Source: Neoechinorhynchus agilis | Taxonomy: Eukaryota; Animalia; Acanthocephala | DNA: 64,000 bases | Assembly (NCBI GenBank): GCA_051530055.1 | Contig: CM121341.1 | Span: 11,634,784 to 11,698,783, forward strand | Reading direction: 5' to 3' | Shown here: positions 24,359 through 37,043 of the stretch, one piece after another | How the letters are laid out: every line of letters begins with the position of its first letter | Numbering within the stretch: the first letter of the stretch is position 1 | The notes under the pieces: model-generated | Told to the model about the DNA's origin: nothing | The model's input: only the letters and a program-made list of their open reading frames with translations | Databases searched by the model: none | Position numbers and translations under genes: made by a program

Positions 24359-24877
24359 ATGATATTTCAAACGGTCCTCAAATGCTTCTGTGGTTCTAAG
24401 TTGAAGGAAAATGAAAAGGATTTAGAAAATGACCACGAAAAGCACACAAAACAGTTGATGAAGAAAGTAAATCGTCCTAAAATTGATGTTTACACCAACA
24501 ATGAAGAAAATAAAACCCAGAATACAAGGACGTGGCAAGATTACCAAGAAGATTGGGCAAAGATTGTCGACGATGTTATCAATGCGGATAAAAACAAAAT
24601 ATTTAATATTCCACTCTTGAAGGAAAAAGAAGAAGTTAGTCGAATGCCGAATATCGAAAATGAAGACAGAGCGACATTTAAAGGTCACCATAAAAAATTA
24701 AAAGAACCAAATACAGCCAAAATAAGAACAACCACGACTTTGACAACAAAGAGCAAGGAACCAGAAGATTATTCAGATGGAGATGATCGTTGTATTCGGT
24801 GGATAATATGGACGGCGATATTTATAATGTTAATGTGCGCAATAGTTGTTGGCAGCACTTTTGGAAAATGTTATTGA
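24359..24877 (+). CDS. Orphan tail-anchored-type protein (172 aa from first ATG)
   Basis: Charged Lys/Glu/Asn-rich body and a C-terminal hydrophobic stretch WIIWTAIFIMLMCAIVVG close to the stop. Confidence 0.5.
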   Translation: MIFQTVLKCFCGSKLKENEKDLENDHEKHTKQLMKKVNRPKIDVYTNNEENKTQNTRTWQDYQEDWAKIVDDVINADKNKIFNIPLLKEKEEVSRMPNIENEDRATFKGHHKKLKEPNTAKIRTTTTLTTKSKEPEDYSDGDDRCIRWIIWTAIFIMLMCAIVVGSTFGKCY

Positions 24878-25756
24878 AAATAAAATGGTTTCTAAGTTGG
24901 TTTTCGCGATAATTTCAATCGTTTGCGTGTTTCACCTTTGAAAAACGGTTTAGTAATTATTAAATCCGACAAAGTTTATCCAGACGAAATAATAGAAAAT
25001 CGGGTAAACGGTTGACACGAAGAAAATCTTTTGTTATTTAATAGGATACCTCCGTGCGATCTCACGAATTCGATGGGATTTTTCGATTTTGTTGTTTTTT
25101 AAAAAGGTCCAAAGTGTTCACTTTGGCAACAAAGAACTCGAATTCTGAAGAAACACGCAAGGGAAAACCTCTGATTTGTTGTGGCATTTTGGGTATCTAT
25201 TAAAAATCACAACCAATCGCTTAACTTGCTTAAATAAAAGTCGAAAATCGCCCAAAACTTTTTATTTCACGAGATTATCTTATATATTCCCGGACTTTTA
25301 ACGGTGTACAAACACAGTTCTAAATTGACATTGAACTTTATTGTCATTTTAAACCCCCGATTAAATGTGAAACAAAGATGTTGTTGTCTAAATCAAGCCA
25401 CTTAGAAATTGACTTCTTGAACACAATGCACTTCACTGATTCCGTCTCACAAACTCCATCAAGTGACTCATTGTAAACGGCGTAGGAAGACCCACTTTTT
25501 ATATCTCTAACCCGAATAGCATTAAAATGAAATTTATGTTGAAGCAACACGGATTAATGACCAAAGTTCTCACTGTTTTACTAGGATTGTTTTATTTATT
25601 CGCTTACTTGAACCGTCCAGCCATTGTTCAATACGGGTTAGTTTCATGATTGAACACAATTTGAGTAATGTTAAGTTTTGAAACGAAAAAAACAGAATTT
25701 GCATATTGGATTTCACTTTTCCAGTGTTTCCGATCTAATCGAATACATTAATTTCT

Positions 25757-25950
25757 GGAAGGGTTATTTAGATCTTGTTAAAAACATTTAGAACCTCGCC
25801 GAATTTATCTGCATTTATAAAATTGATGGTTGTGATACCAAACGATGAGGATTTTTTGCAAAGCTGAGATGAAACCCCTTCTGACGAGGTTCTAAATGTC
25901 TTTAATCAACTTTTTTACTAGGATGAGGACCTAAATAAAACTTCTAATAT
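25757..25950. mobile_element. Degenerate hammerhead-family copy immediately left of the satellite
   Basis: Forward gatgaaacc..gaggttctaaatgtctttaat..gatgaggacctaaataaaacttctaat, plus an inverted ttaaaaacatttagaacctcg arm at ~25757-25805. Confidence 0.6.
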
Positions 25951-26124
25951 TGATGGGTTTGAAAATCTCTAATTTACAAAAGAAAATAATTTGGGTTTTT
26001 GTATTTAACTGAGCTCAAATTCCCAAAAAAAGACGTTTATTCGAATCTAAAAATCTTAAACGTCTAAAATGTCCATATGTGAGAGAAGTGCTATTTATGC
26101 CATTGCCCTCAAAGACGCTTGTCT

Positions 26125-29100
26125 TTTAAGAACTAACAACTGATAATGAACCTGAAGAAGTTCTAAACGTCTTTAATAAAAGATTCTTTACCCAAATGAA
26201 GAATTAAATAAAATTTCTAATCTTATACCTCGGTACCTCTTCACTTACCGACCTTCATTTTATATAACTCTTTTTATTCATCATCCATTTTTTGATTTAA
26301 GAACTAATAAACTGATAATGAACCTGAAGAAGTTCTAAACGTCTTTAATAAAAGATTCTTTACCCAAATGAAGAATTAAATAAAATTTCTAATCTTATAC
26401 CTCGGTTCACTTACCGACTTCACTCTTTTTATTCATCATCCATTTTTTGATTTAAGAACTAACAAACTGATAATGAACCTGAAGAAGTTCATTTTATATA
26501 AAAATGATTCTTTTTATTAATAAACTGATAAAATCATCCACCTTTTTTACCGATTTTTTAATAACTCTTTTTATTCATCAAATTTAAGAACTAATAAACT
26601 GATAATGAACCTGAAGAAGTTCTAAACGTCTTTAATAAAAGATTCTTTACCCAAATGAAGAATTAAATAAAATTTCTAATCTTATACCTCGGTACCTCTT
26701 CACTTACCGACCTTCATTTTATATAACTCTTTTTATTCATCATCCATTTTTTGATTTAAGAACTAATAAACTGATAATGAACCTGAAGAAGTTCTAAACG
26801 TCTTTAAAAAAAGATTCTTTACCCAAATGAAGAATTAAATAAAATTTCTAATCTTATACCTCGGTACCACTTCACTTACCGACCTTCATTTTATATAACT
26901 CTTTTTATTCATCATCCATTTTTTGATTTAAGAACTAATAAACTGATAATGAACCTGAAGAAGTTCTAAACGTCTTTAATAAAAGATTCTTTACCCAAAT
27001 GAAGAATTAAATAAAATTTCTAATCTTATACCTCGGTACCTCTTCACTTACCGACCTTCATTTTATATAACTCTTTTTATTCATCATCCATTTTTTGATT
27101 TAAGAACTAATAAACTGATAATGAACCTGAATCTTTAAAAAAAGATTCTTTAACCAAATGAAGAATTAAATAAAATTTCTAATCTTATACCTCGGTACCT
27201 CTTCACTTACCGACCTTCATTTTATATAACTCTTTTTATTCATCATCCATTTTTTGATTTAAGAACTAATAAACTGATAATGAACCTGAAGAAGTTCTAA
27301 ACGTCTTTAATAAAAGATTCTTTACCCAAATGAAGAATTAAATAAAATTTCTAATCTTATACCTCGGTACCTCTTCACTTACCGACCTTCATTTTATATA
27401 ACTCTTTTTATTCATCATCCATTTTTTGATTTAAGAACTAACCTGATAATGAACCTGAAGAAGTTCTAAACGTCTTCAATAAAAGATTCTTTACCCAAAT
27501 GAAGAATTAAATAAAATTTCTAATCTTATTCCTCGGTACCTCTTCACTTACCGACCTTCATTTTATATAACTCTTTTTATTCATCATCCATTTTTTGATT
27601 TAAGAACTAATAAACTGATAATGAACCTGAAGAAGTTCTAAACGTCTTTCAATAAAAGATTCTTTACCCAAATGAAGAATTAAATAAAATTTCTAATCTT
27701 ATACCTCGGTACCTCTTCACTTACCGACCTTCATTTTATATAACTCTTTTTATTCATCATCCATTTTTTGATTTAAGAACTAATAAACTGATAATGAACC
27801 TGAAGAAGTTCTAAACGTCTTTAAAAAAAAGATTCTTTACCCAAATGAAGAATTAAATAAAATTTCTAATCTTATTCCTCGGTACCTCTTCACTTACCGA
27901 CCTTCATTTTATATAACTCTTTTTATTCATCATCCATTTTTTGATTTAAGAACTAATAAACTGATAATGAACCTGAAGAAGTTCTAAACGTCTTTAATAA
28001 AAGATTCTTTACCCAAATGAAGAATTAAATAAAATTTCTAATCTTATTCCTCGGTACCTCTTCACTTACCGACCTTCATTTTATATAACTCTTTTTATTC
28101 ATCATCCATTTTTTGATTTAAGAACTAATAAACTGATAATGAACCTGAAGAAGTTCTAAACGTCTTTAATAAAAGATTCTTTACCCAAATGAAGAATTAA
28201 ATAAAATTTCTAATCTTATACCTCGGTACCTCTTCACTTACCGACCTTCATTTTATATAACTCTTTTTATTCATCATCCATTTTTTGATTTAAGAACTAA
28301 TAAACTGATAATGAACCTGAAGAAGTTCTAAACGTCTTTAATAAAAGATTCTTTACCCAAATGAAGAATTAAATAAAATTTCTAATCTTATACCTCGGTA
28401 CCTCTTCACTTACCGACCTTCATTTTATATAACTCTTTTTATTCATCATCCATTTTTTGATTTAAGAACTAATAAACTGATAATGAACCTGAAGAAGTTC
28501 TAAACGTCTTTCAATAAAAAGATTCTTTACCCAAATGAAGAATTAAATAAAATTTCTAATCTTATACCTCGGTACCTCTTCACTTACCGACCTTCATTTT
28601 ATATAACTCTTTTTATTCATCATCCATTTTTTGATTTAAGAACTAATAAACTGATAATGAACCTGAAGAAGTTCTAAACGTTTTAATAAACTGAAATGAA
28701 GATTCTTTTTAATAAAAGATTCCCAAATGAAGAATTAAATAAAATTTCTAATCTTATTCCTCGGTACCTCTTCACTTACCGACCTTCATTTTATATAACT
28801 CTTTTTATTCATCATCCATTTTTTGATTTAAGAACTAATAAACTGATAATGAACCTGAAGAAGTTCTAAATACCTCGTCTTTCATTTTAATAAAATCATC
28901 CATTTTTTGATTCTTTACCCAAATGAAGAATTAAATAAAATTTCTAATCTTATACCTCGGTACCTCTTCACTTACCGACCTTCATTTTATATAACTCTTT
29001 TTATTCATCATCCATTTTTTGATTTAAGAACTAATAAACTGATAATGAACCTGAAGAAGTTCTAAACGTCTTTAATAAAAGATTCTTTACCCAAATGAAG

Positions 29101-32100
29101 AATTAAATAAAATTTCTAATCTTATTCCTCGGTACCTCTTCACTTACCGACCTTCATTTTATATAACTTTTTTATTCATCATCCATTTTTTGATTTAAGA
29201 ACTAATAAACTGATAATGAACCTGAAGAAGTTCTAAACGTTTTAATAAAAGATTCTTTACCCAAATGAAGAATTAAATAAAATTTCTAATCTTATACCTC
29301 GGTACCTCTTCACTTACCGACCTTCATTTTATATAACTCTTTTTATTCATCATCCATTTTTTGATTTAAGAACTAATAAACTGATAATGAACCTGAAGAA
29401 GTTCTAAACGTCTTTAATAAAAGATTCTTTACCCAAATGAAGAATTAAATAAAATTTCTAATCTTATACCTCGGTACCTCTTCACTTACCGACCTTCATT
29501 TTATATAACTCTTTTTATTCATCATCCATTTTTTGATTTAAGAACTAATAAACTGATAATGAACCTGAAGAAGTTCTAAACGTCTTTAAAAAAGATTCTT
29601 TACCCAAATGAAGAATTAAATAAAATTTCTAATCTTATACCTCGGTACCTCTTCACTTACCGACCTTCATTTTATATAACTCTTTTTATTCATCATCCAT
29701 TTTTTGATTTAAGAACTAATAAACTGATAATGAACCTGAAGAAGTTCTAAACGTCTTTAATAAAAGATTCTTTACCCAAATGAAGAATTAAATAAAATTT
29801 CTAATCTTATACCTCGGTACCTCTTCACTTACCGACCTTCATTTTATATAACTCTTTTTATTCATCATCCATTTTTTGATTTAAGAACTAATAAACTGAT
29901 AATGAACCTGAAGAAGTTCTAAACGTCTTTAATAAAAGATTCTTTACCCAAATGAAGAATTAAATAAAATTTCTAATCTTATACCTCGGTACCTCTTCAC
30001 TTACCGACCTTCATTTTATATAAACTCTTTTTATTCATCATCCATTTTTTGATTTAAGAACTAATAAACTGATAATGAACCTGAAGAAGTTCTAAACGTC
30101 TTTAATAAAAGATTCTTTACCCAAATGAAGAATTAAATAAAATTTCTAATCTTATTCCTCGGTACCTCTTCACTTACCGACCTTCATTTTATATAACTCT
30201 TTTTATTCATCATCCATTTTTTGATTTAAGAACTAATAAACTGATAATGAACCTGAAGAAGTTCTAAACGTCTTTAATAAAAGATTCTTTACCCAAATGA
30301 AGAATTAAATAAAATTTCTAATCTTATACCTCGGTACCTCTTCACTTACCGACCTTCATTTTATATAACTCTTTTTATTCATCATCCATTTTTTGATTTA
30401 AGAACTAATAAACTGATAATGAACCTGAAGAAGTTCTAAACGTCTTTCAATAAAAGATTCTTTACCCAAATGAAGAATTAAATAAAATTTCTAATCTTAT
30501 ACCTCGGTACCTCTTCACTTACCGACCTTCATTTTATATAACTCTTTTTATTCATCATCCATTTTTTGATTTAAGAACTAATAAACTGATAATGAACCTG
30601 AAGAAGTTCTAAACGTCTTTAATAAAAGATTCTTTACCCAAATGAAGAATTAAATAAAATTTCTAATCTTATACCTCGGTACCTCTTCACTTACCGACCT
30701 TCATTTTATATAACTCTTTTTATTCATCATCCATTTTTTGATTTAAGAACTAATAAACTGATAATGAACCTGAAGAAGTTCTAAACGTCTTTAATAAAAG
30801 ATTCTTTACCCAAATGAAGAATTAAATAAAATTTCTAATCTTATACCTCGGTACCTCTTCACTTACCGACCTTCATTTTATATAACTCTTTTTATTCATC
30901 ATCCATTTTTTGATTTAAGAACTAATAAACTGATAATGAACCTGAAGAAGTTCTAAACGTCTTCAATAAAAGATTCTTTACCCAAATGAAGAATTAAATA
31001 AAATTTCTAATCTTATACCTCGGTACCTCTTCACTTACCGACCTTCATTTTATATAACTCTTTTTATTCATCATCCATTTTTTGATTTAAGAACTAATAA
31101 ACTGATAATGAACCTGAAGAAGTTCTAAACGTCTTTAATAAAAGATTCTTTACCCAAATGAAGAATTAAATAAAATTTCTAATCTTATTCCTCGGTACCT
31201 CTTCACTTACCGACCTTCATTTTATATAACTCTTTTTATTCATCATCCATTTTTTGATTTAAGAACTAATAAACTGATAATGAACCTGAAGAAGTTCTAA
31301 ACGCTTTAATAAAAGATTCTTTACCCAAATGAAGAATTAAATAAAATTTCTAATCTTATTCCTCGGTACCTCTTCACTTACCGACCTTCATTTTATATAA
31401 CTCTTTTTATTCATCATCCATTTTTTGATTTAAGAACTAATAAACTGATAATGAACCTGAAGAAGTTCTAAACGTCTTTAATAAAAGATTCTTTACCCAA
31501 ATGAAGAATTAAATAAAATTTCTAATCTTATACCTCGGTACCACTTCACTTACCGACCTTCATTTTATATAACTCTTTTTATTCATCATCCATTTTTTGA
31601 TTTAAGAACTAATAAACTGATAATGAACCTGAAGAAGTTCTAAACGTCTTTAATAAAAGATTCTTTACCCAAATGAAGAATTAAATAAAATTTCTAATCT
31701 TATTCCTCGGTACCTCTTCACTTACCGACCTTCATTTTATATAACTCTTTTTATTCATCATCCATTTTTTGATTTAAGAACTAATAAACTGATAATGAAC
31801 CTGAAGAAGTTCTAAACGTCTTTAATAAAAGATTCTTTACCCAAATGAAGAATTAAATAAAATTTCTAATCTTATACCTCGGTACCTCTTCACTTACCGA
31901 CCTTCATTTTATATAACTCTTTTTATTCATCATCCATTTTTTGATTTAAGAACTAATAAACTGATAATGAACCTGAAGAAGTTCTAAACGTCTTTAATAA
32001 AAGATTCTTTACCCAAATGAAGAATTAAATAAAATTTCTAATCTTATTCCTCGGTACCTCTTCACTTACCGACCTTCATTTTATATAACTCTTTTTATTC

Positions 32101-35100
32101 ATCATCCATTTTTTGATTTAAGAACTAATAAACTGATAATGAACCTGAAGAAGTTCTAAACGTCTTTAAAAAGATTCTTTACCCAAATGAAGAATTAAAT
32201 AAAATTTCTAATCTTATACCTCGGTACCTCTTCACTTACCGACCTTCATTTTATATAACTCTTTTTATTCATCATCCATTTTTTGATTTAAGAACTAATA
32301 AACTGATAATGAACCTGAAGAAGTTCTAAACGTCTTTAATAAAAGATTCTTTACCCAAATGAAGAACTAAATAAAATTTCTAATCTTATACCTCGGTACC
32401 ACTTCACTTACCGACCTTCATTTTATATAACTCTTTTTATTCATCATCCATTTTTTGATTTAAGAACTAACAAACTGATAATGAACCTGAAGAAGTTCTA
32501 AACGTCTTTCAAAAAAAGATTCTTTACCCAAATGAAGAACTAAATAAAATTTCTAATCTTATACCTCGGTACCACTTCACTTACCGACCTTCATTTTATA
32601 TATGATAATGAACCTGAAGAAGTTCTAAACGTCTTAAATAAAAGATTCTTTACCCAAATGAAGAATTAAATAAAATTTCTAATCTTATACCTCGGTACCA
32701 CTTCACTTACCGACCTTCATTTTATATAACTCTTTTTATTCATCATCCATTTTTTGATTTAAGAACTAACAAACTGATAATGAACCTGAAGAAGTTCTAA
32801 ACGTCTTCAATAAAAGATTCTTTACCCAAATGAAGAATTAAATAAAATTTCTAATCTTATACCTCGGTACCTCTTCACATACCGACCTTCATTTTATATA
32901 ACTCTTTTTATTCATCATCCATTTTTTTGATTTAAGAACTAATAAACTGATAATGAACTCGAAGAAGTTCTAAACGTCTTTAATAAAAGATTCTTTACCC
33001 AAATGAAGAATTAAATAAAATTTCTAATCTTATACCTCGGTACCTCTTCACTTACCGACCTTCATTTTATATAACTCTTTTTATTCATCATCCATTTTTT
33101 AATTTAAGAACTAATAAACTGATAATGAACCTGAAGAAGTTCTAAACGTCTTTAATAAAAGATTCTTTACCCAAATGAAGAATTAAATAAAATTTCTAAT
33201 CTTATTTCTCGGTACCTCTTCACTTACCGACCTTCATTTTATATAACTCTTTTTATTCATCATCCATTTTTTGAATTAAGAACTAATAAACTGATAATGA
33301 ACCTGAAGAAGTTCTAAACGTCTTCAATAAAAGATTCTTTACCCAAATGAAGAATAAAATAAAATTTCTAATATTATACCTCGGTACCTCTTCACATACC
33401 GACCTTCATTTTATATAACTCTTTTTATTCATCATCCATTTTTTGATTTAAGAACTAATAAACTGATATTGAACCTGAAGAAGTTCTAAACGTCTTTAAT
33501 AAAAGATTCTTTACCCAATTGAAGAGTTAAATAAAATTTCTAATCTTATTCCTCGGTACCACTTCACTTACCGACCTTCATTTTATATAACTCTTTTTAT
33601 TCATCATCCATTTTTTGATTTAAGAACTTATAAACTGATAATGAACCTGAAGAAGTTCTAAACGCCTTTAATAAAAGATTCTTTACCCAAATGAAGAATT
33701 AAATAAAATTTCTAATCTTATACCTCGGTACCACTTCACTTACCGACCTTCATTTTATATAACTCTTTTTATTCATCATCCATTTTTTGATTTAAGAACT
33801 AATAAACTGATAATGAACCTGAAGAAGTTCTAAACGCCTTTAATAAAAGATTCTTTACCCAAATGAAGAATTAAATAAAAATTCTAAATCTTATACCTCG
33901 GTACCTCTTCACTTACCGACCTTCATTTTATATAACTCTTTTTATTCATCATCCATTTTTTAATTTAAGAACTAATAAACTGATAATGAACCTGAAGAAG
34001 TTCTAAACGTCTTTCAAAAAAAGATTCTTTACCCAAATGAAGAACTAAATAAAATTTCTAATCTTATACTTCGGTACCTCTTCACTTACCGACCTTCATT
34101 TTATATAACTCTTTTTATTCATCATCCATTTTTTGATTTAAGAACTAACAAACTGATAATGAACCTGAAGAAGTTCTAAACGTCTTTCAAAAAAAGATTC
34201 TTTACCCAAATGAAGAACTAAATAAAATTTCTCTAATCCTATTCCTCGGTACCTCTTCACTTACCGACCTTCATTTTATATAACTCTTTTTATTCATCAT
34301 CCATTTTTTGATTTAAGAACTAATAAACTGATAATGAACCTGAAGAAGTACTAAACGTCTTTAATAAAAGATTCTTTACCCAAATGAAGAATTAAATAAA
34401 ATTTCTAATCTTATTCCTCGGTACCTCTTCACTTACCGACCTTCATTTTATATAACTCTTTTTATTCATCATCCATTTTTTGATTTAAGAACTAATAAAC
34501 TGATAATGAACCTGAAGAAGTTCTAAACGTCTTTAATAAAAGATTCTTTACCCAAATGAAGAATTAAATAAAATTTCTAATCTTAATCCTCGGTACCTCT
34601 TCACTTACCGACCTTCATTTTATATAACTCTTTTTATTCATCATCCATTTTTTGATTTAAGAACTAATAAACTGATAATGAACCTGAAGAAGTTCTAAAC
34701 GTCTTTAATAAAAGATTCTTTACCCAAATGAAGAATTAAATAAAATTTCTAATCTTATACCTCGGTACCTCTTCACTTACCGACCTTCATTTTATATAAC
34801 TCTTTTTATTCATCATCCATTTTTTGATTTAAGAACTAACAAACTGATAATGAACCTGAAGAAGTTCTAAACGTCTTCAATAAAAGATTCTTTACCCAAA
34901 TGAAGAATTAAATAAAATTTCTAATCTTATACCTCGGTACCACTTCACTTACCGACCTTCATTTTATATAACTCTTTTTATTCATCATCCATTTTTTGAT
35001 TTAAGAACTAATAAACTGATAATGAACCTGAAGAAGTTCTAAACGTCTTTAATAAAAGATTCTTTACCCAAATGAAGAATTAAATAAAATTTATAATCTT

Positions 35101-37034
35101 ATTCCTCGGTACCTCTTCACTTACCGACCTTCATTTTATATAACTCTTTTTATTCATCATCCATTTTTTGATTTAAGAACTAATAAACTGATAATGAACC
35201 TGAAGAAGTTCTAAACGTCTTTAATAAAAGATTCTTTACCCAAATGAAGAATTAAATAAAATTTCTAATTTTATACCTCGTTACCTCTTCACTTACCGAC
35301 CTTCATTTTATATAACTCTTTTTATTCATCATCCATTTTTTAATTTAAGAATTAACAAACTGATAATCAACCTGAAGAAGTTCTAAACGTCTTTAATAAA
35401 AGATTCTTTACCCAAATGAAGAATTAAATAAAATTTCTAATCTTATACCTCGGTACCTCTTCACTTACCGACCTTCATTTTATATAACTCTTTTTATTCA
35501 TCATCCATTTTTTAATTTAAGAACTAATAAATTGATAATGAACCTGAAGAAGTTCTAAACGTCTTTAATAAAAGATTCTTTACCCAAATGAAGAATTAAA
35601 TAAAATTTCTAATCCTATTCCTCGGTACCTCTTCACTTACCGACCTTCATTTTATATAACTCTTTTTATTCATCATCCATTTTTTGATTTAAGAACTAAT
35701 AAACTGATAATGAACCTGAAGAAGTTCTAAACGTCTTAAATAAAAGATTCTTTACCCAAATGAAGAATTAAATAAAATTTCTAATCTTATACCTCGGTAC
35801 CTCTTCACATACCGACCTTCATTTTATATAACTCTTTTTATTCATCATCCATTTTTTGATTTAAGAACTAATAAACTGATATTGAACCTGAAGAAGTTCT
35901 AAACGTCATTAATAAAAGATTCTTTACCCAATTGAAGAGTTAAATAAAATTTCTAATCTTATTCCTCGGTACCACTTCACTTACCGACCTTCATTTTATA
36001 TAACTTTTTATTCATCATCCATTTTTTGATTTAAGAACTAATAAACTGATAATGAACCTGAAGAAGTTCTAAACGCCTTTAATAAAAGATTCTTTACCCA
36101 AATGAAGAATTAAATAAAATTTCTAATCTTATACCTCGGTACCACTTCACTTACCGACCTTCATTTTGTATAACTCTTTTTATTCATCATCCATTTTTTG
36201 ATTTAAGAACTAATAAACTGATAATGAACCTGAAGAAGTTCTAAACGTCTTTCAAAAAAAGATTCTTTACCCAAATGAAGAATTAAATAAAATTTCTAAT
36301 CTTATACCTCGGTACCTCTTCACTTACCGACCTTCATTTTATATAACTCTTTTTATTCATCATCCATTTTTTAATTTAAGAACTAAAAAACTGATAATGA
36401 ACCTGAAGAAGTTCTAAACGTCTTTCAAAAAAAGATTCTTTACCCAAATGAAGAACTAAATAAAATTTCTAATCTTATACCTCGGTACCTCTTCACTTAC
36501 CGACCTTCATTTTATATAACTCTTTTTATTCATCATCCATTTTTTGATTTAAGAACTAACAAACTGATAATGAACCTGAAGAAGTTCTAAACGTCTTTCA
36601 AAAAAAGATTCTTTACCCAAATGAAGAACTAAATAAAATTTCTAATCCTATTCCTCGGTACCTCTTCACTTACCGACCTTCATTTTATATAACTCTTTTT
36701 ATTCATCATCCATTTTTTGATTTAAGAACTAATAAACTGATAATGAACCTGAAGAAGTTCTAAACGTCTTTAATAAAAGATTCTTTACCCAAATGAAGAA
36801 CTAAATAAAATTTCTAATCTTATACCTCGGTACCACTTCACTTACCGACCTTCATTTTATATAACTCTTTTTATTCATCATCCATTTTTTGATTTAAGAA
36901 CTAACAAACTGATAATGAACCTGAAGAAGTTCTAAACGTCTTTCAAAAAAAGATTCTTTACCCAAATGAAGAACTAAATAAAATTTCTAATCCTATTCCT
37001 CGGTACCTCTTCACTTACCGACCTTCATTTTATA
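26125..37034 (+). repeat. Tandem satellite array, 172-bp monomer, ~63 copies, ~27% GC
   Basis: CTGATAATGAACC recurs at 27961, 28133 and 28305 (period 172); homogeneous centre, more variants at the right end; a few garbled monomers near 26400-26600 and 28680-28920. Confidence 0.99.
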
Positions 37035-37043
37035 CACAAATGG

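Noticed and set aside
26125-37034. CRISPR-like repeat-spacer array
   Set aside because: Monomers are contiguous with no unique spacers, there are no cas genes, and the context is eukaryotic.
26125-37034. Active ribozyme using the internal CTGAAGA of the monomer, or on the minus strand
   Set aside because: The internal CTGAAGA lies in the stem II loop with no partner GAAA, and no hammerhead core is found on the minus strand.
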